Counted from the first letter of the whole stretch, positions 37,040 to 54,002 are shown. The stretch: DNA of 63,553 bases, filler included, from Cercozoa sp. M6MM (GCA_040357565.1; 13 parts of 13 records of this genome joined end to end with filler, not necessarily neighbours in it), one strand, 5' to 3'. Program-made: numbers and translations. Notes: generated from the letters alone by a model not told the origin.

Positions 37040-37301
37040 CTCGTAAAACCAACTGTCACAAGCCCACGTGCTTAAACTAAGGCTTGTATATGGAATATGT
37101 GTACAGATAAAGTCAGTAGATTGTCAGATTGCGGCCCGACTAGCTTGTTGCAAAAAGAATGGTGTCGGTTTCAGAGAAGATCATGTTAGCAACCGACGGA
37201 TCGGTAGTAGCACTACTGCTTGGGCGACATTTGAGTATTCCTGGAGTTTGGTACGAATACGCAACAAAGAAAGTGAGGTCGGTTAGAATTCGAGGTCAAG
37301 T

Positions 37302-37699
37302 TCATCCTCGCGAATAGAGGCGAACAAACCGTCGCCCTACAAAGCCACAAAACAGCTGCAAGTTCAAGTTGTGGAACGGAAACGGGTCTAGTGGTAGAAT
37401 GTGAGTTACATCGCCAAAATAGCGTGTCTGAACGAGCGCCGTGTCAGCGTCTTTTTCATCTTCGTTCTCGTCGTCAACGACCTCGATCTCGTCCAAGTCG
37501 CTGCTGTCGTCCAGAGCATCGACGTCCTCGATGTCAAATTCATCGACTTGCTCATCAACATTCGGAGTCTCGGCGGTACTGCTGTCGTTCGAGATGTCGG
37601 CCGGGTCATTCGCGAGCTGCTCTTCCAGCTCTGTTGGAACCTACAGGCACAACAAGAAAAAAGATGTCAAACTGTTGTGCTGTGACTCGGACAGCGCAG

Positions 37700-37752
<53 letters not shown>

Positions 37753-38016
37753 GTCANNNNNNNNNNNNNNNNNNNNNNNNNNNNNNNNNNNNNNNNNNNN
37801 NNNNNNNNNNNNNNNNNNNNNNNNNNNNNNNNNNNNNNNNNNNNNNNNNNNNNNNNACACACACACACACGCATCAACATCACTGAACAACATGTTTAGT
37901 TTCGCTTTCGACCTCTTGTTGCAAACTCGACGTGCGTCACGCAGCCATGCGACCAGGTCTTCGGCGAGCTCAAAAGGATGGTATATGGTCTTTGTTCAAG
38001 GTTCGGCATGATGACA

Positions 38017-38080
<64 letters not shown>

Positions 38081-39320
38081 ATCGGTACCTCATCGAAGCG
38101 CAAGACTGGCGTGTCGTCCAGTTCACCCAACTCATCCGGACTGTCGTCGGAATCGCTCTCGGCAGCAACAACGACGCCAGTGCCGCCGGTAGGACTGCTC
38201 GCACCAGACAGGCCGTGTCCGAAGTCGACCGACTCGAACCCGAACTGAGCAGCCTCCTCAGCCACCGTTGGTGGACTGCTTCTGCCGACAAACCGTGCAC
38301 CGCCGGTCGCTGAAGTGGCAACGATGGCACGCACATGTGCTGCGGTGTCGTTGACATTAGTATCGCCAGGAGAGTCCGGAATGTCGAGTCGCGCACCGAG
38401 TGCAGAGTCCGGCACGCGGCGCAGGGCCACCTCGGATAGTAGACGCAGTTGCATGGGCGGTACGGCTCCCAAGGCTCCAGTGGCATCGCCGTCGCCACCA
38501 GGCAGTGCGTGCGAGTGCCTCTCCAGTCGGTAGGCCGAGAGAACACCGTCGCACGAGGCTGTCATCAGTGTGCGCTCGTCGTGCCACGCCTGCACTCGCC
38601 GGAACAACACGCACAGTCATGCATGCACACACACACACATGACTGACACTGGGCGACACACTACCAGCTGCATACGAAGTGAGGCAGATCGCTCGCTTGC
38701 CAGTTCACGCAGCGAGTCCAACAGTGTGCTCGCGACCTCTGCCGTGTCTACGGTACAGGATACCGAGGAACACACACACACACACATACACACACACAAG
38801 AACACACACACATACACACACAAACACAGATGCCATGTTTAAGTTGAATAAACCAGAGTCGATGGAGGCAGTGGTGTCGCTGATCTCGGGTGCGAGAGAC
38901 GAGGTGTCACCCTGCCGCACCACGCGCGTGGCCACTGGGCGCAGCGGTGCCAGGTGCTCCTTCACCGAGGCAGGAACAAAGCGTTGCACGAACTGCGCTA
39001 GCTGTACGCTCACTGTGCTGACCTACTAACACACACATACACAGGTAGAACTACCCCCCCCCCCCCGCATGCTTTCTACGTCAAATCAGGAGAATGAAAC
39101 CTGCGCAGCAACGGCAGTGGGAATCGAGGATGACTCGCCGAGCGACGAGGCATTCGGAACAGCGTCAGCGTCGTCGTACACGTCCTCCAGGGCACTCTGC
39201 AGACGTGTGTGTGTGTGTGTNNNNNNNNNNNNNNNNNNNNNNNNNNNNNNNNNNNNNNNNNNNNNNNNNNNNNNNNNNNNNNNNNNNNNNNNNNNNNNNN
39301 NNNNNNNNNNNNNNNNNNNN

Positions 39321-39384
<64 letters not shown>

Positions 39385-40570
39385 GAAACGGCCGACCACA
39401 TCACTGTCGCTGCGTTGCCGCGGAAGTGAGAAGACGTGCACCGTATTGGTGGAACTCACGACGGCCAGAAAGGCGCCACTCGGAGAGAACTGCATCGATT
39501 CGATCCGAGCAGCCCGTGTGCCTGTAGTGAAAGCAAAAGCTCTTTAATTCGGCACATGTACACTACACACACGTCGCTGTACCACGACGGAACTGCGCAA
39601 TCCGTTTGCCAGAAGGAACGGCCCAGACACGTACCACTGTGCCGCGTGTGCTACTCTGCGCATAGACACACGCACACATACACGCACGCACATACACAGG
39701 CACCTTGATGTTTGTACAGTAGGAAGAACCGACCGAAGCCAGCAGCGTGCCGGAAGAGTCAAAGGCGAGTCGCGCGATCGGGTGCTGGTGCGCGCGCACG
39801 ATAGCCATGGTCTTGAGCAGGAAGGCGTCGTACAGCATGAAGCGGCCGTCGGCACTCGAGCACGGCCAGGCTGCAAAGCAGCGACGGTTGTCCGTCGTGG
39901 GCGCCAGTGCGAGTGTGCCATGTCGGTTGTACGGCGTGGCCACGCTGTGCAGCAGGCGCAGCTGCGACACGTCGAACACGTGCACCTTGTGCGCGGCCGT
40001 CACCACCAGGCGGTGTCGGTTGCTCGCCACGCGGTTGACGCTGCCGTTGAAGTTGATCTCGCCGACGATGTGTTTCGGCGGCGGCAATGCTTCTCGCTGC
40101 CGCTGCCCGTGCTTGCGCAGGTTGAGCACTCGGATCTTGCGCGGCGAGAAGGCGCGCGCGCGTCCGTCGCCTACGGCAAAGGCGAGCGACGAGCGAAAGA
40201 ACGGCGCCACCTGCGACACGCCGCCGAACGACCCTTTCACTTCACTGTCCTTCTCTGTTCTGTTGCCGTTGTTGTTATTGTTGTTGCTGTTGTTGTTGTT
40301 GTTGTCGTTGTTGTTGCTACTGTTGTTGTTGTTGTTGCTGTTGGCGTTATTGTTGCTGTTGTTGCTGTTGGCCGTGTCACTGCTCGTGTCACTGCTGTCG
40401 GATACGTGAGCACCGCCCACAAGGGCCAAGACCGCCTTGATGCCGCCAGTTTGTATCTGAGCGATGCGGTAGATGCGCATGCCGCGCGTCGTGCCGACCG
40501 CCAGCGCGCTGCCGTCTTGATTGAACGAGCAGCAGAGCACCCGCTCAGCCGCGCTCGGCACCAACTCCAT
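37302..40570 (-). CDS. ATG18: PROPPIN Atg18/WIPI1-2 with long acidic C-terminal extension
   Basis: SFNQDGSALAVGT, FSPRKIRVLN, AHQHPIARLAFDSSGTLLAS, GTVVRVW, FRRG phosphoinositide motif, SSTNTVHVF. Confidence 0.92.
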
Positions 40571-41043
40571 CTCGAGCTAGAAGGGCCCGAAGTGTGCACA
40601 CGTGTGAATCAATAGTCTGCTGCCAACTGATGTCAACAAAATGTCTATCTAAGCGTTCCTTGCAAGGAGACAAATACGATTAATCCTTGCGGGATGATCT
40701 CAGCGTGGGCGGGGCGTTTTGATCATTGTAGGTCTCCCAGTCACGCTTGGTCAACATCTGAGAAACCGCCATCGTTTCGCGCGCATCGCGTTTCAGGTCA
40801 GTATTTTGATCCGCTCGCGTTGCACAAAGTCTAGATAGACTCAATTTAGACGCGAAAGAGGTTTATAGGTACATGTGCTCTCTGAGAACATTCTGAACAA
40901 GAACACCCACACCCTGCTCCCCGAGAGGGAACCCTCGGATTTTCGGTTTTGTTCATTCTTGAGTTTTGGGCAGGAACCTGATCACTTTGACGTCAAATCT
41001 ATTATCTACAATCAAGAGAATCATTAAAGAACCCGCGAGAAAG

Positions 41044-43035
41044 ATGGAGAGCCGCAAAAGCGAGGTGTTGCAGCGCTGGCAGACTTGGCGAGCTCACTTG
41101 GAGAAGCACACTGTTGCGAAAGCAAGTGACGAGACGGAAACTCCGCAGCAAAAGAAAGAGGCCCAGTCATTTGAAGCGTTTTGTCGCTTTCTTCAGAATC
41201 GACAGACGTTGGGTAAGTTTAGTTAACTTTTTCATCTGCGCTCACTCTGCTTGAAACCGCTCTGTTGTTTTGTGGTTGCTCCACGGCAGATACGACGCGG
41301 CAGTTTTTGACGAGCCTGAGTCCGACGCCACTTGCCGAGCAAACTGAAGAGGCAAAGCTTCGCGCGTTGAGTTTGCATATGACTCGCCGAATGTTGTCGG
41401 CCCTTATGATGGTTCGTTCTCCTGCCGTCTGGAGGTTCGAGTTTCGACTTTGTTTTCTTGTGTGATGTACTTAGATCTACTTTCCGCAAGAAGTGTTTGA
41501 ATCGAGTGAAAGTGCTTCTGAGGGTGCGAACAATGAAGTCTTCGATCCGGCCTCTCTGGACGAACCCGATTTCATCTGTTTGTCTGCTGCTCGCCGTCTG
41601 CTGCGCACTCTCGGTGTAGCTCACGGTGGCGAAACAGACAGAGCCAAGCCTGAAAGCCTCGATGAAGATGCAGCTAGAGTCGCTGTTGTCGAATTCGACG
41701 CGGCCTTTCTCACTTGGCGCGACAAGGACAAGCAGCGTTTGCTCTTGCAACTGATGGAGCGCTACCACGAGTACAACCGCTCCCTAGCCTTCCTGGACAT
41801 GCACAAGTCGGAACGACAGGAGGTTGTCCGTGCGTCTTTGCTGCAGAATCAGGAACAAGTGAAGCAGAAGGTAGACATACTGATTCGCCGAAGTGAGGTG
41901 TGAGAAATTCTTGTTGTAGGTCATCCGCCTCGGTGGCAAGAAGTACTTCGAGACCGAACTGGAACGCTTCAATCTGAAGTTGAAGGTATTCACCTGTTCG
42001 ATTTTACATTGAAGCAATCTTTCTTTTGCAACCCTAGGCTGAGAACGCAACTCGCCGACAGCACATGGAACTGTGGCGCAAGGTAAGCTTAATTTAATTA
42101 CACCTTTCACGTCACGTGCGTTGGCATCGCTGATTGTCGTACAGTACCAAGCCGAACGATCTGCCGCTCGAGTAGGCGACGACAGCAGCGAATCAAAAGC
42201 GGGCTCGACTGAGACGCACACTTCCTCGGAGAACGCGCCGTCGCTGGGAAGCAGCGACAGCGGTGACAGTGCAATTCGCAACGTCTCATCGCTCCGACTG
42301 CGCGCTGGACTCCGGTCAAGTGGCAGCGCTGCCGACGAGGACGAGAAGCAGTCTGTGGCCGATGAGGAGCCAACGCCCGAGCAAAAACTGTCGGAGGAGC
42401 TTAAAAAGCACGGCATTCAGACGATCAATCTCGATGCAATCATTGCTGAAGAGTCGTCGAAGCTGTACTGGCGCAAGTTTGAGCAGAAGCTCGAAGGCGA
42501 GGACTACTCGCAAGTCGTCGAGTTCCTCAACGAGGTAGCTGCTCGGCTAAAGGCACTGACTCCGAATCGCGCTGACCTGCACGCGCTCCTCGACGCCGCC
42601 ATGGATCGCGACCTCTTGGCGCAGATGATCGACCGGAAGGTGTTGGACGGCATGACCTTTTACAAGGTATTCAAGGTCATCCACACGAGCATCAAGAACC
42701 TTCAAGCTGCGTCGATGGATCGCGAGTGGCAAGGTATCATAAACAATGTTGTTGTCTAGACGAGGTTTCGCTGTACATCTGTTGTAGCATGGCACGATGA
42801 GCAAGTCGCTCTGTTCACGAAGCCAGATGCGCGGTGGAGCAAGATTCTGCCGGGAATGTTCAACCGCATTTTCACACAACTGGACCGAGTAGAAGCAGCC
42901 ACGGTACGGTTACTTCAAAAACAGGAGATGTGCATGTTGCGCTACTGTGTTTGATGCGCTGTTGGTATTGCACAGAAGCATTACCGTTCCATCATGGAGC
43001 AGAAAGCAGCTAAGCTCGCGGCTCATCACCAATGA
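41044..43035 (+). CDS. TCP11/SOK1-like protein
   Basis: LRRGSF...LSALMM, FLTWRDKDK, RLGG, LYWRKFEQKL...FLNEVAARLKALTP...MDRDLLAQMI resembles the Tcp11 domain. Confidence 0.65.
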
Positions 43036-43570
43036 GCTGCAAGTGTGCTTCGTCTTGGATTGGACGCTCGCCGTGAGTAGTCATCCTCCTGTTCATAGGA
43101 TTCGGCGCTTTGTGCTGCCGCTCTCGTCTTGTGCCGTTCGCTCTCACCTCCATCGAGTCGCGGCGCCTTGTTATTATAATTCGCGACCGTGCCGCGTCGC
43201 GCGGTCTTACGACCGTAATTGAATGTTGAAGTATCCTACCCGTCTGAAGGCGACAGATACCCACATTTAGAGTCGATTGGGCCGTGACGGGGCGGAACTG
43301 AAGATCCTCGTTAGTTCCGTTTACTCCGACGAAGGTCCTGATCTCACGTTTTGGTTGTTTGATTAAGACGTCGCATGCACGTGACGCCTGCGTCGATAGC
43401 GTAGAGTTGTTCGGATAGTTAGTTCAGTCTTCTAAGAACGTTGAAGCTTGGCGACACGAAGCCGTCAAACGTGCGTCATTGGGGTACGAGGTCGTTCACT
43501 ACACGTCCACGCAGACTCCCTTGGCGTCAACGTTAGAGTTGTTCGGATACTCAACTATTAGGACAAATAC

Positions 43571-43701
43571 GATAGTTAGTTCAGTCTACGCTACTAAGAA
43601 ACCAACTATGTAGTTTCCCTGTACCAGTCCTGGATGGTCACAAGCGCATGACCGTAGTCCACCGCCCGCTTGGGGTGGACCATCCAAAGCGACTCCCTTT
43701 T
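43571..43701 (+). repeat. Dispersed intergenic repeat, copy 3 (partial head copies at ~43402-43438 and ~43535-43549)
   Basis: GATAGTTAGTTCAGTCT..AAGAAACCAACTATGTAGTTTCCCTGTACCAGTCCTGGATGGTCACAAGCGC..ACCGCCCGCTTGGGGTGGACCATCC..ACTCCCTTTT. Confidence 0.85.
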
Positions 43702-43769
43702 AACCAGGGACATCTTCGGGCAGATACGATAATTCACGATCACACACGCGACGTCCGGATCCGATTATG

Positions 43770-46178
<2,409 letters not shown>

Positions 46179-46706
46179 ACTTGAGCACTCGCGAACACAC
46201 CTTAGTCGATGCAGTTGCCCTGCATCACATGGGCTCGTGGGGGTACAGTAGCCAACCTGCCGAGAGCTGAGTGCCGGTTCTTGAGCCTGCGCAGCACAGT
46301 ACCCAGGTGAATGATCACGGCCAGACGAGCCCTAGCAACAACAGGCAACAGCAGAACATTCTTGTGATAGCCAAGCGACCAAAACGGCCGATCAACTTTT
46401 TTGGGTGAAAGAGCAGCTGCCAGCACTTGACGGGGTCAACCGTCCCGGTGAGCCCTTTGAAACACAACGTCATCGACTACTTTGGAGACCGATCCTGCAC
46501 TCTGACTCACTGTCAGCATTCGTGGCCTTGTGCACACCTTGCCAGTATTCGTGGCCTTGTGCTGCAGCGAATCGAAAGTGCGGTGTGCCATTCTCCTTGC
46601 TTGAGTTATTCCAAAGGATCGAGTTCGCTTGAGTCCGACTGTCGTCGTCGCGTGTGTTTGAGTGTGTTTGTCTGTTCTGGCTGTTTGATTGTTTCGCGGG
46701 TGACCC

Positions 46707-47283
46707 ATGTCCGATACAAGTAAGAGATCGAGGCAGCACAGGTACTGGAACTTGTTTGGGTTTTTATACACCTCTCTTTGACACTGGCCTACTGCGGTCG
46801 CAGACGCGTGCGCTCGTGCTTCTCGGGCAGTGGCGTGGGCACAGCGAGCGAGGCCGACGCCGTTGGATCCCTCACGTTGCGCAAGGTGTTTGTCGGAGGC
46901 ATCGCGTGGCAGGTACCTCGTCCCCTCCGCTTGTATCCACACCAGACAATATATACGTTTTCTTGTCCGTGCAGACCTCGTCGCATTCGCTGCACGCGCA
47001 CTTTGCTCAATACGGTGAAATCGTCGAGGCCGTCGTTATCACGGATCGCGTCACTGGGCGCTCTCGTGGTATCGGCCTCTCCGGTTTGTATGGACACATG
47101 TGCATGTATGTATGCTCGCATGTAGGCTACGGCTTTGTGACCTTTGCATCGCCCGAGGCGGCGCAGCGTGCCACGGCCGACGCGAATCCCATTGTGGATG
47201 GACGGCGCGCCAACTGCATTCTCGCCGCACTGGGCCAGTCCGTCACTGCGAGGTTTGCCTCTCTGTACATATACGTATTACAG

Positions 47284-47321
<38 letters not shown>

Positions 47322-48263
47322 GTGGCAACGCGCACCACACGTCGCCTGGTGCGTCGCAGTCCTCGCAAGAGCGGCCGTCGGTCCCGCCCGATGACCTAGG
47401 CTCGCCTGCAAAAGTAACAACCTCTACGTATTCAAGGCATGTACTATGGCATGTATGACTGATCTGCATGGCAGAAAGCATCCCTGTCGTCCGAGAGCAA
47501 GCAAGCCTACGAGTCGGGCTACGCGGCCGCATTGAGTCACATGCAGAGCCTGGTGCGCCGGCAGCTGCAGAGCCTGCCCAAGGGCAGCGACGCCGACCAA
47601 GTGTATGGTTTTTCTAATCAATGTATGTATATATATATATATATATATATATCATAATATATACATGTGAATGTAGTAATATGTGATTTGTCTGCTGATT
47701 ATTTGCAGTCTGACGGCGCTGCTGCGGCAGTTGCAGCAGCAGCAACAGTCGCCGAGGTCGCCTATCACCAGATCGCAGCACCAGCACCAGCACCAGCACT
47801 CGCAAAAGCACAAGCAGCAGCCGCGACAGCAGACGTCGCCGCGACAGCATCACCAACAGCAGCAGCAGCAGCGCCGACAGGAGGCGTCGCACAAGCGTAG
47901 TCACCGGCGCTACGCGTCGACGCAGTTCGGCAGCAGCATGCCCTCGGTCGTGCCAGGTAGAGAGTGCTCACACCTTGCGTACGTCCGTTGATCCCTTGTT
48001 ACCACTTGTCCTCCTGGCCATCCTGACAGGCGACAGCGTGTACGGCGACATGTCGATGGCGCCGCTGCACACGGCCATGAGCGGACTCAGTCTGAGTCAC
48101 CTCAGCATCGATAGCACGCCGAGCCCGACTCCGAACCCGCCAGCACCGGCGCTGCATCACCCGCCCTCGCATTCGCACCAGCAGCAGTCGCAGCAGCCGC
48201 CGCGACAGTCGCACGACACGCTGCTGTGGCAGCAGCCGACCCTGCAGGACGCCGGCTTCCACC
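46707..48263 (+). CDS. RRM protein, RBM24/RBM38(ARP1)-like, 3'-truncated
   Basis: TLRKVFVGGIAWQ|T...YGEIVEAVVITDRVTGRSR|GYGFVTF...NPIVDGRRANCILAALG. Confidence 0.88.
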
Positions 48264-48285
48264 GTATCTTCCAATGTTTACAAAG

Positions 48286-48338
<53 letters not shown>

Positions 48339-48465
48339 NNNNNNNNNNNNNNNNNNNNNNNNNNNNNNNNNNNNNNNNNNNNTTAATTAATTAANNNNNN
48401 NNNNNNNNNNNNNNNNNNNNNNNNNNNNNNNNNNNNNNACGAGAAACACACAAAAGTGGCTACTC

Positions 48466-51400
48466 ACATCATTCGCCATCTCCTGCAGCGTGCGCGTCTC
48501 CGCAAAGTTCGACGTCGCTGCGGGGGTAGAGGGGGTAAACAGGGGGGTAAAAGGGAGGTGAATAGGGTAAAAAGGGGGAACAGGGGGGTAAAAGGGGTAA
48601 ACAGGGGGGTAAAAGGGAGGTGAATAGGGAGTAAAAAGGGGGTAAAAGGGGCGTTAACAGGGGGGTAAAAAGGGGGTAAAAGACGGATTACGGTGTTTCT
48701 TGACGAAGCAGTCCACCGCGAAAGCAACGGCCGAAAAATCCGCTGCCAACAATCGAGGGAAGGGGGTAACCAGGGAGTAAACAAGTGGGTAAACAAGGGG
48801 GTAAACAAGTGGGTAAACAGGGGGTGACCGAGTACCAACTGCATCAAAATCATTTTTGGCCACCGGTGTCAGTGCTTTGGCCTGAGTACGAGGCCACGGG
48901 GGGTAAACAGGGGGGGGGTAAACAGGGGGGTAAACAGGGGGTAAACAGGGGGTAAACAGGGGGGGGGGTAAACAGGGGGATCAGCAGGGGGGTAAACAGG
49001 AGGGGGGTAAACAGGAGGGGGGTAAACAGGAGGGGGGTAAAGCAGTCGCACCAAGTGATCCAGCAGCAGCTGCTGCTCCGTCGGCGCTGCGCCGCCGATT
49101 TCAAACGTGAGATTTTGCACTGCACTCGGAGGGGGGGGGGGAAAAACGGGGGGCAAAAGGAGATAAATAGAGTGGGTAAAGGGAGTACCGTTAGAGATCA
49201 GGGTGGGCATCTCGAACGAAAAGAAACTGTTGAGATTCAAAACCGCGTGGACCGCAATCTATAATAGAAAAAACAAAAAACAGTACCACACTAACAAGCT
49301 TATTTGTGTTGGTACCTCTGATTCCACAACGACCGAGCGACGATTGAACCAGTGTCGGTCCAGGTCGAAACCTACTTACGTAAATAGCATATCTCCTATG
49401 TATATATAAACATAAATATTATATATATATATATACCTGATATATAGTAAAAGACTACCATGTGCCTGCGTCCACAGGAAGAGTTTGTACTGTCCGGGCG
49501 GCAGTGCCTCGAACAGCCAGTGCGTCTCGCTCGTGTGCTGTCCGTTCACGCCCGGCGTCTGCGTCACTGTCTGCTTGAAAACACACATATAAACATATAT
49601 ATATATATATATATAAATACATATATTTATATATATATATATATATACATATATTTATATATATATATAAATACAAACCAAGATACATGCATCTATATCC
49701 TCATACACAGAGGGACACGTACCACATTCTTGACAAACTGCAGTGCCTGCGACGGAGGTGCCCACCTATGTACACACAAATACATATTCATCCTAATATA
49801 TGTATATATATAAATATATATTATACGTATAGCGTGTGTACCAGAGAGACACGACAGTTTGCGGAGGACTCGCGAGCGTCTCCTGTCAAGGGGGTAAGAG
49901 GGGTCGCAGGGTGGTTATGGGGCAAAGAGGGGGGAAGTACGATGTTGTTGTCGACAGGAGTGTGCTGCCACACGAACCGCGCCGCGAATTCGTGTCGCGC
50001 GGGTTGCATTTCCTGCGGTGGGGGTATACACGGGACAAAGAGGGGGTACAGAGGGAGATAAAAACGGGGCAAAGAGGAGGGCAAAGGGGGGCAAAGATGG
50101 GGTAAAAAGTGGGTAAAGAGGGGAACTATAAAATGGAAGAGGCAAGAAGGGCGGGGGGGGGGTAAAACAACCCACCTTCCGCAGAAACGTCGGCGCAATC
50201 GCCGGCGGAGTCAACTGACGCAGGTGCACATTGCCGAGCACTGTCGATTCCCATGCCGGCAGGTCCGGGTAGTCCAGATGTACCTGGGATAGGGGAGGTT
50301 AAGTGGGGCAAAGGGAGTAAGTGGGGGCAAAGGGAGTAAGTGGGGGGGCAAAGGGAGCAAGTGGGGGGGGGGGGGGGTAAACTAACGTCCTCGTGCGACA
50401 GCGGTTCCACCATGATGACGAGGTACACGTCCAGTCTACACATCGATCATGTTTTAACCCCTATCCCCTACCCCCCAGTACGACAGGAAAGGTACGTGCT
50501 CGAGGCGTCAAAGAGCCACTGCGGCAGGTGCAGTCGCCACTGTGTCTCACTCGCCTCCAGAACGGCCGCTTGTGCCCACGGCAGCGTCACGTGCGACTGT
50601 AGTCAGCTCACAGTGTACTGGTCAGCATCCGCGCGGACAAACACGGACACAGGTACCACTCGTACGGAGTAGCCAGTCAGCTGTGGCCGGGGTCCACTGT
50701 CCCAATTCATACGTATCTAATCGTATACATACATACACATACACACATATATATATTTATATATATAAATATAATAATCTTTATCGACTGAAAAAATGCA
50801 CTCGAGCAGACGCGGCTCGATCGACGCTAAGTCGGCCCACTCGACCTTTTACATGGGGATAAACAGGGGGGGGGGGTTAACAGGGGCAAGAATACGGCGA
50901 GAGAGTTGCTGTCGCCGTTGCCGTAGGTGTACGTAATCGATTCGCCCTTTTGTGTGTATGTAAGGGGGTAAAGAGGGTTAATGGAACTAAGGGGGTAAAG
51001 GGGACTGACTACCTGAGGTCCAACGATCGGAGGCAATCGGCGGGGAATTTCTGGCACAGACACGACCTATGAATATAAGAATAATTACATCAACAAAGGA
51101 ATAGAGACATATTTTAAATACCTGAATAGAGAGCTTTAAGAAACAGACAGTAATGTAATCAATAAGTAAAATCGTAGAGTACGCACGAGAATTAAATAGA
51201 CAAACTAATCAATAAGTAAAATCAGTAAATATAACGACAATACAACAAAAAAAAGTAAATACATTATTAGATAAGCTCAATAAAGAAAGAAAAAATAAAT
51301 AAAGAAACAAAGCAAATGAATAAAAAATAAAGAAACTAAATAAATCAGGAGATCCAAAAATGCACCATCTCAGCCGAAGTCGGGAGTTGCACGCCGTCCG

Positions 51401-51610
51401 GCGCGACGTTCACGGTCCATTTCGGGTGTAGGAACGTCACACTCACCCCTACAGTCAGGCGCAGTCCTTTCTCTCTCGTGCCGCGCGGATGCCAGTCAAT
51501 TAGTTTGAGTGTGGTACCGTATGCAAAGTAAGACGGTACGTCGATGGACAGAGTCGGTGTGTCTCGGGTGATCTCGTGCGTCGTCGTTTGCTGCCCCCAC
51601 ACGAAGCATA
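48466..51610 (-). CDS. Internal fragment of a large protein with FN3-like beta-sandwich domains
   Basis: Spliced segments IRMNWDSGPRPQLTGYSVRV and RVSL|xWAPP...FEALPPGQYKLFLW resemble FN3 W..P / Y / L.P...Y motifs. Both ends are truncated. Confidence 0.5.
48890..49040 (-). repeat. Intronic (TGTTTACCCCCC)n-type array (GGGGTAAACA on + strand)
   Basis: Directly visible; representative of a motif family present in introns of many genes here. Confidence 0.9.
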
Positions 51611-51736
51611 TTGAGGGGGGGGNNNNNNNNNNNNNNNNNNNNNNNNNNNNNNNNNNNNNNNNNNNNTTAATTAATTAANNNNNNNNNNNNNNNNNNNNNN
51701 NNNNNNNNNNNNNNNNNNNNNNGGGGGGGGGGTAAA

Positions 51737-53230
51737 CTACCAGTAGACAGCTCCTGACGCAGGTACGGCACGCCGGACTCGTCGCAGACCGAGTCGCTGT
51801 CTAGTGCCGCCTGCGACAGCAGCCACTGCGGCAACTGCTTGATCGACACGTCCTCCGGCGGATCGTGCTGACACTGCACACGTGACCAGTGTAGATGTAG
51901 CCATCCTTTAGTGTCGCCGCCCTTAAGTGTAGCCGGTGTGTATGTACCAGTGAGGGCACTCGCTGCACGCGCACGAGACCATCGTCGCGGAAGGACTGTC
52001 GCCGACACAGCACGAGCCAGCGCACGCCCTGTCGCCGACACGTGCGCCTGTTAGTTAAGCAGGTGTTTGATGGCCAAGGGAGAGTTTCTTAGTGAAGGGA
52101 GCGTTGTTACCAGAGTTCCTCCTGCTGCAACGGCGTGTCGGCGCCGTGCAGACGCGCCGCGATTCCGTGCTTCCACAGCGACGCCGCCACGGCACTCCGG
52201 CCTAAGTGGGTTGGGGGTAAAGACGGGGCGGGGGGGGGGGAGGGAGATGTACCCAGCAGGAACTGCGACTTGGCCGCATGCAGCAGCACGCCGCCGACGT
52301 GCTTGGACAGTCGCTCCACCACGGGCGGCAGCGGCGTCGCGATGCGTCGCTTCACGTCGCACAGCGAGGGCCACTCGTCCGCTGGGAAGCCCACAAATAC
52401 CACAGTGCAAATACCACAGTACGCCACATGTGTAAGTGCCCGCGTATGTGTATGGTCACAGACTACCCTGTTCCTGGAGGCACAGGGCGAACGAGTGCGC
52501 CAGGCAGAGGTAGGACAGTCGCTCCACGTCGAGCCAGAGTCCCACGCCGCCCCACTCCTCCTCGTCCTGTCGCTGCGCACGGTTGCACACACACACACAC
52601 GTGTCCAAAGCAAGGTACCGATAATCAGTGGGCACGTGCATCAATGGACCCACTGGTCAGTTAGAAGGTACCGCAGTGCGCAGAAGCGAGTCGAAGCGAC
52701 CAGCGACGCCGACAACGTGACGATTCTTGAGGCGACTCTTGCCCGACTCTGTCGGTTTGACCTGTCCACACAAAGACACAGGTACAGTTCAACAGGAACA
52801 AGTACACATGGACAGGACAGGTCCAGGTGGACAGGACACGTGTCCAGACAGGTCAAGTACTACCGTGCTGGGCAGCGGAATTGATGAGACGTGCACGAGC
52901 TGCATCGTGACGCTACCGGAAGCAGCGCGCTGCTGCGGCTGCTCCGTCACGCACAGCAGCGGATGCACCTGTACCACCTGCCCACACCCGACACACATAG
53001 TACAAATGGACCAGACACGAACACAACTAAATCGTTGTACCTGCGAGGTGTGCACCGGCACGCCAAAGTGAACGAGGCATGCCAGTAGCTTGCGCAGGTG
53101 CCGGCCAGCCAGTGCCACCTGGGGTTAATGGGGTGAAAGGAGAAGGGGTAAGAACGCTAAGCGACGTCGATACCTTCGGAAGATCGGTCTGCGATTCCAG
53201 CAGCGTGATGAGTTGCTCTGCCACCGTCAT
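51737..53230 (-). CDS. Hypothetical multi-exon protein, 3'-truncated
   Basis: GC-rich exon-like blocks flanked by GT..AG introns, starting MTVAEQLITLLESQTDLPK; no family recognised. Confidence 0.45.
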
Positions 53231-53271
53231 GAAGAGTTTAGAACTAAACCAGTTGGTTTTCTGGTATTATT

Positions 53272-53889
53272 TTAGTACCGTTGGTGGCCATTGACGGTGC
53301 AAATTGCCTTAAGAAACGCATCTGTGTCCAACACACGGGCGGGGGTAAAGGTAAGGGTCGGGGGGGGGGGGGGGGTAAGATAAATGTGGACAGACAGCAG
53401 CAGGCGACAGGAAGGAAGGGCATTGACTCCATGAGTCACGTGTCAACACTGTCTGGATCTGCACATGATTACAATGGTCACTCAGCAGATCACTCAGTAG
53501 ATCACAAAACAAAAAAAAAGAGCAGACAGAGGCGTGACGGTGCTTTTTGTTGCGTTTCTTGGACCGATTGCTGCGATCGCCGTGCACAAGTGCCAGCCAC
53601 TGCCCAACACGCGTTCAAATGTACCACAGTGTACCCCGTCCAAAAAGCACCCGGTCCAAAAGGACACCAGACTGTACCTCCTTGAGTGCCAGAAGCTGCG
53701 ACTCGTCGCACGTGTCGTCGTCGCTCTTGCTGCCTGACATGGCCAGAGCGGCACCTGCACCATCAAGAGAGGGAGGGGAATCACATCCGCGCGGACACAC
53801 ACCGACAGAAACAACAACGAAAACAACAAGAAACACACGCAGCACGGCGTCGACAATGTCGGTGTGACCGATTAGAATCGACGTGCTGC
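53272..53889 (-). CDS. 3' exons of a hypothetical protein
   Basis: Exon-like blocks ...DESQLLALKE|WLALVHGDRSNRSKKRNKKHRHA; boundaries uncertain. Confidence 0.3.
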
Positions 53890-54002
53890 NNNNNNNNNNN
53901 NNNNNNNNNNNNNNNNNNNNNNNNNNNNNNNNNTTAATTAATTAANNNNNNNNNNNNNNNNNNNNNNNNNNNNNNNNNNNNNNNNNNNNGGGGGAAGAAG
54001 GT

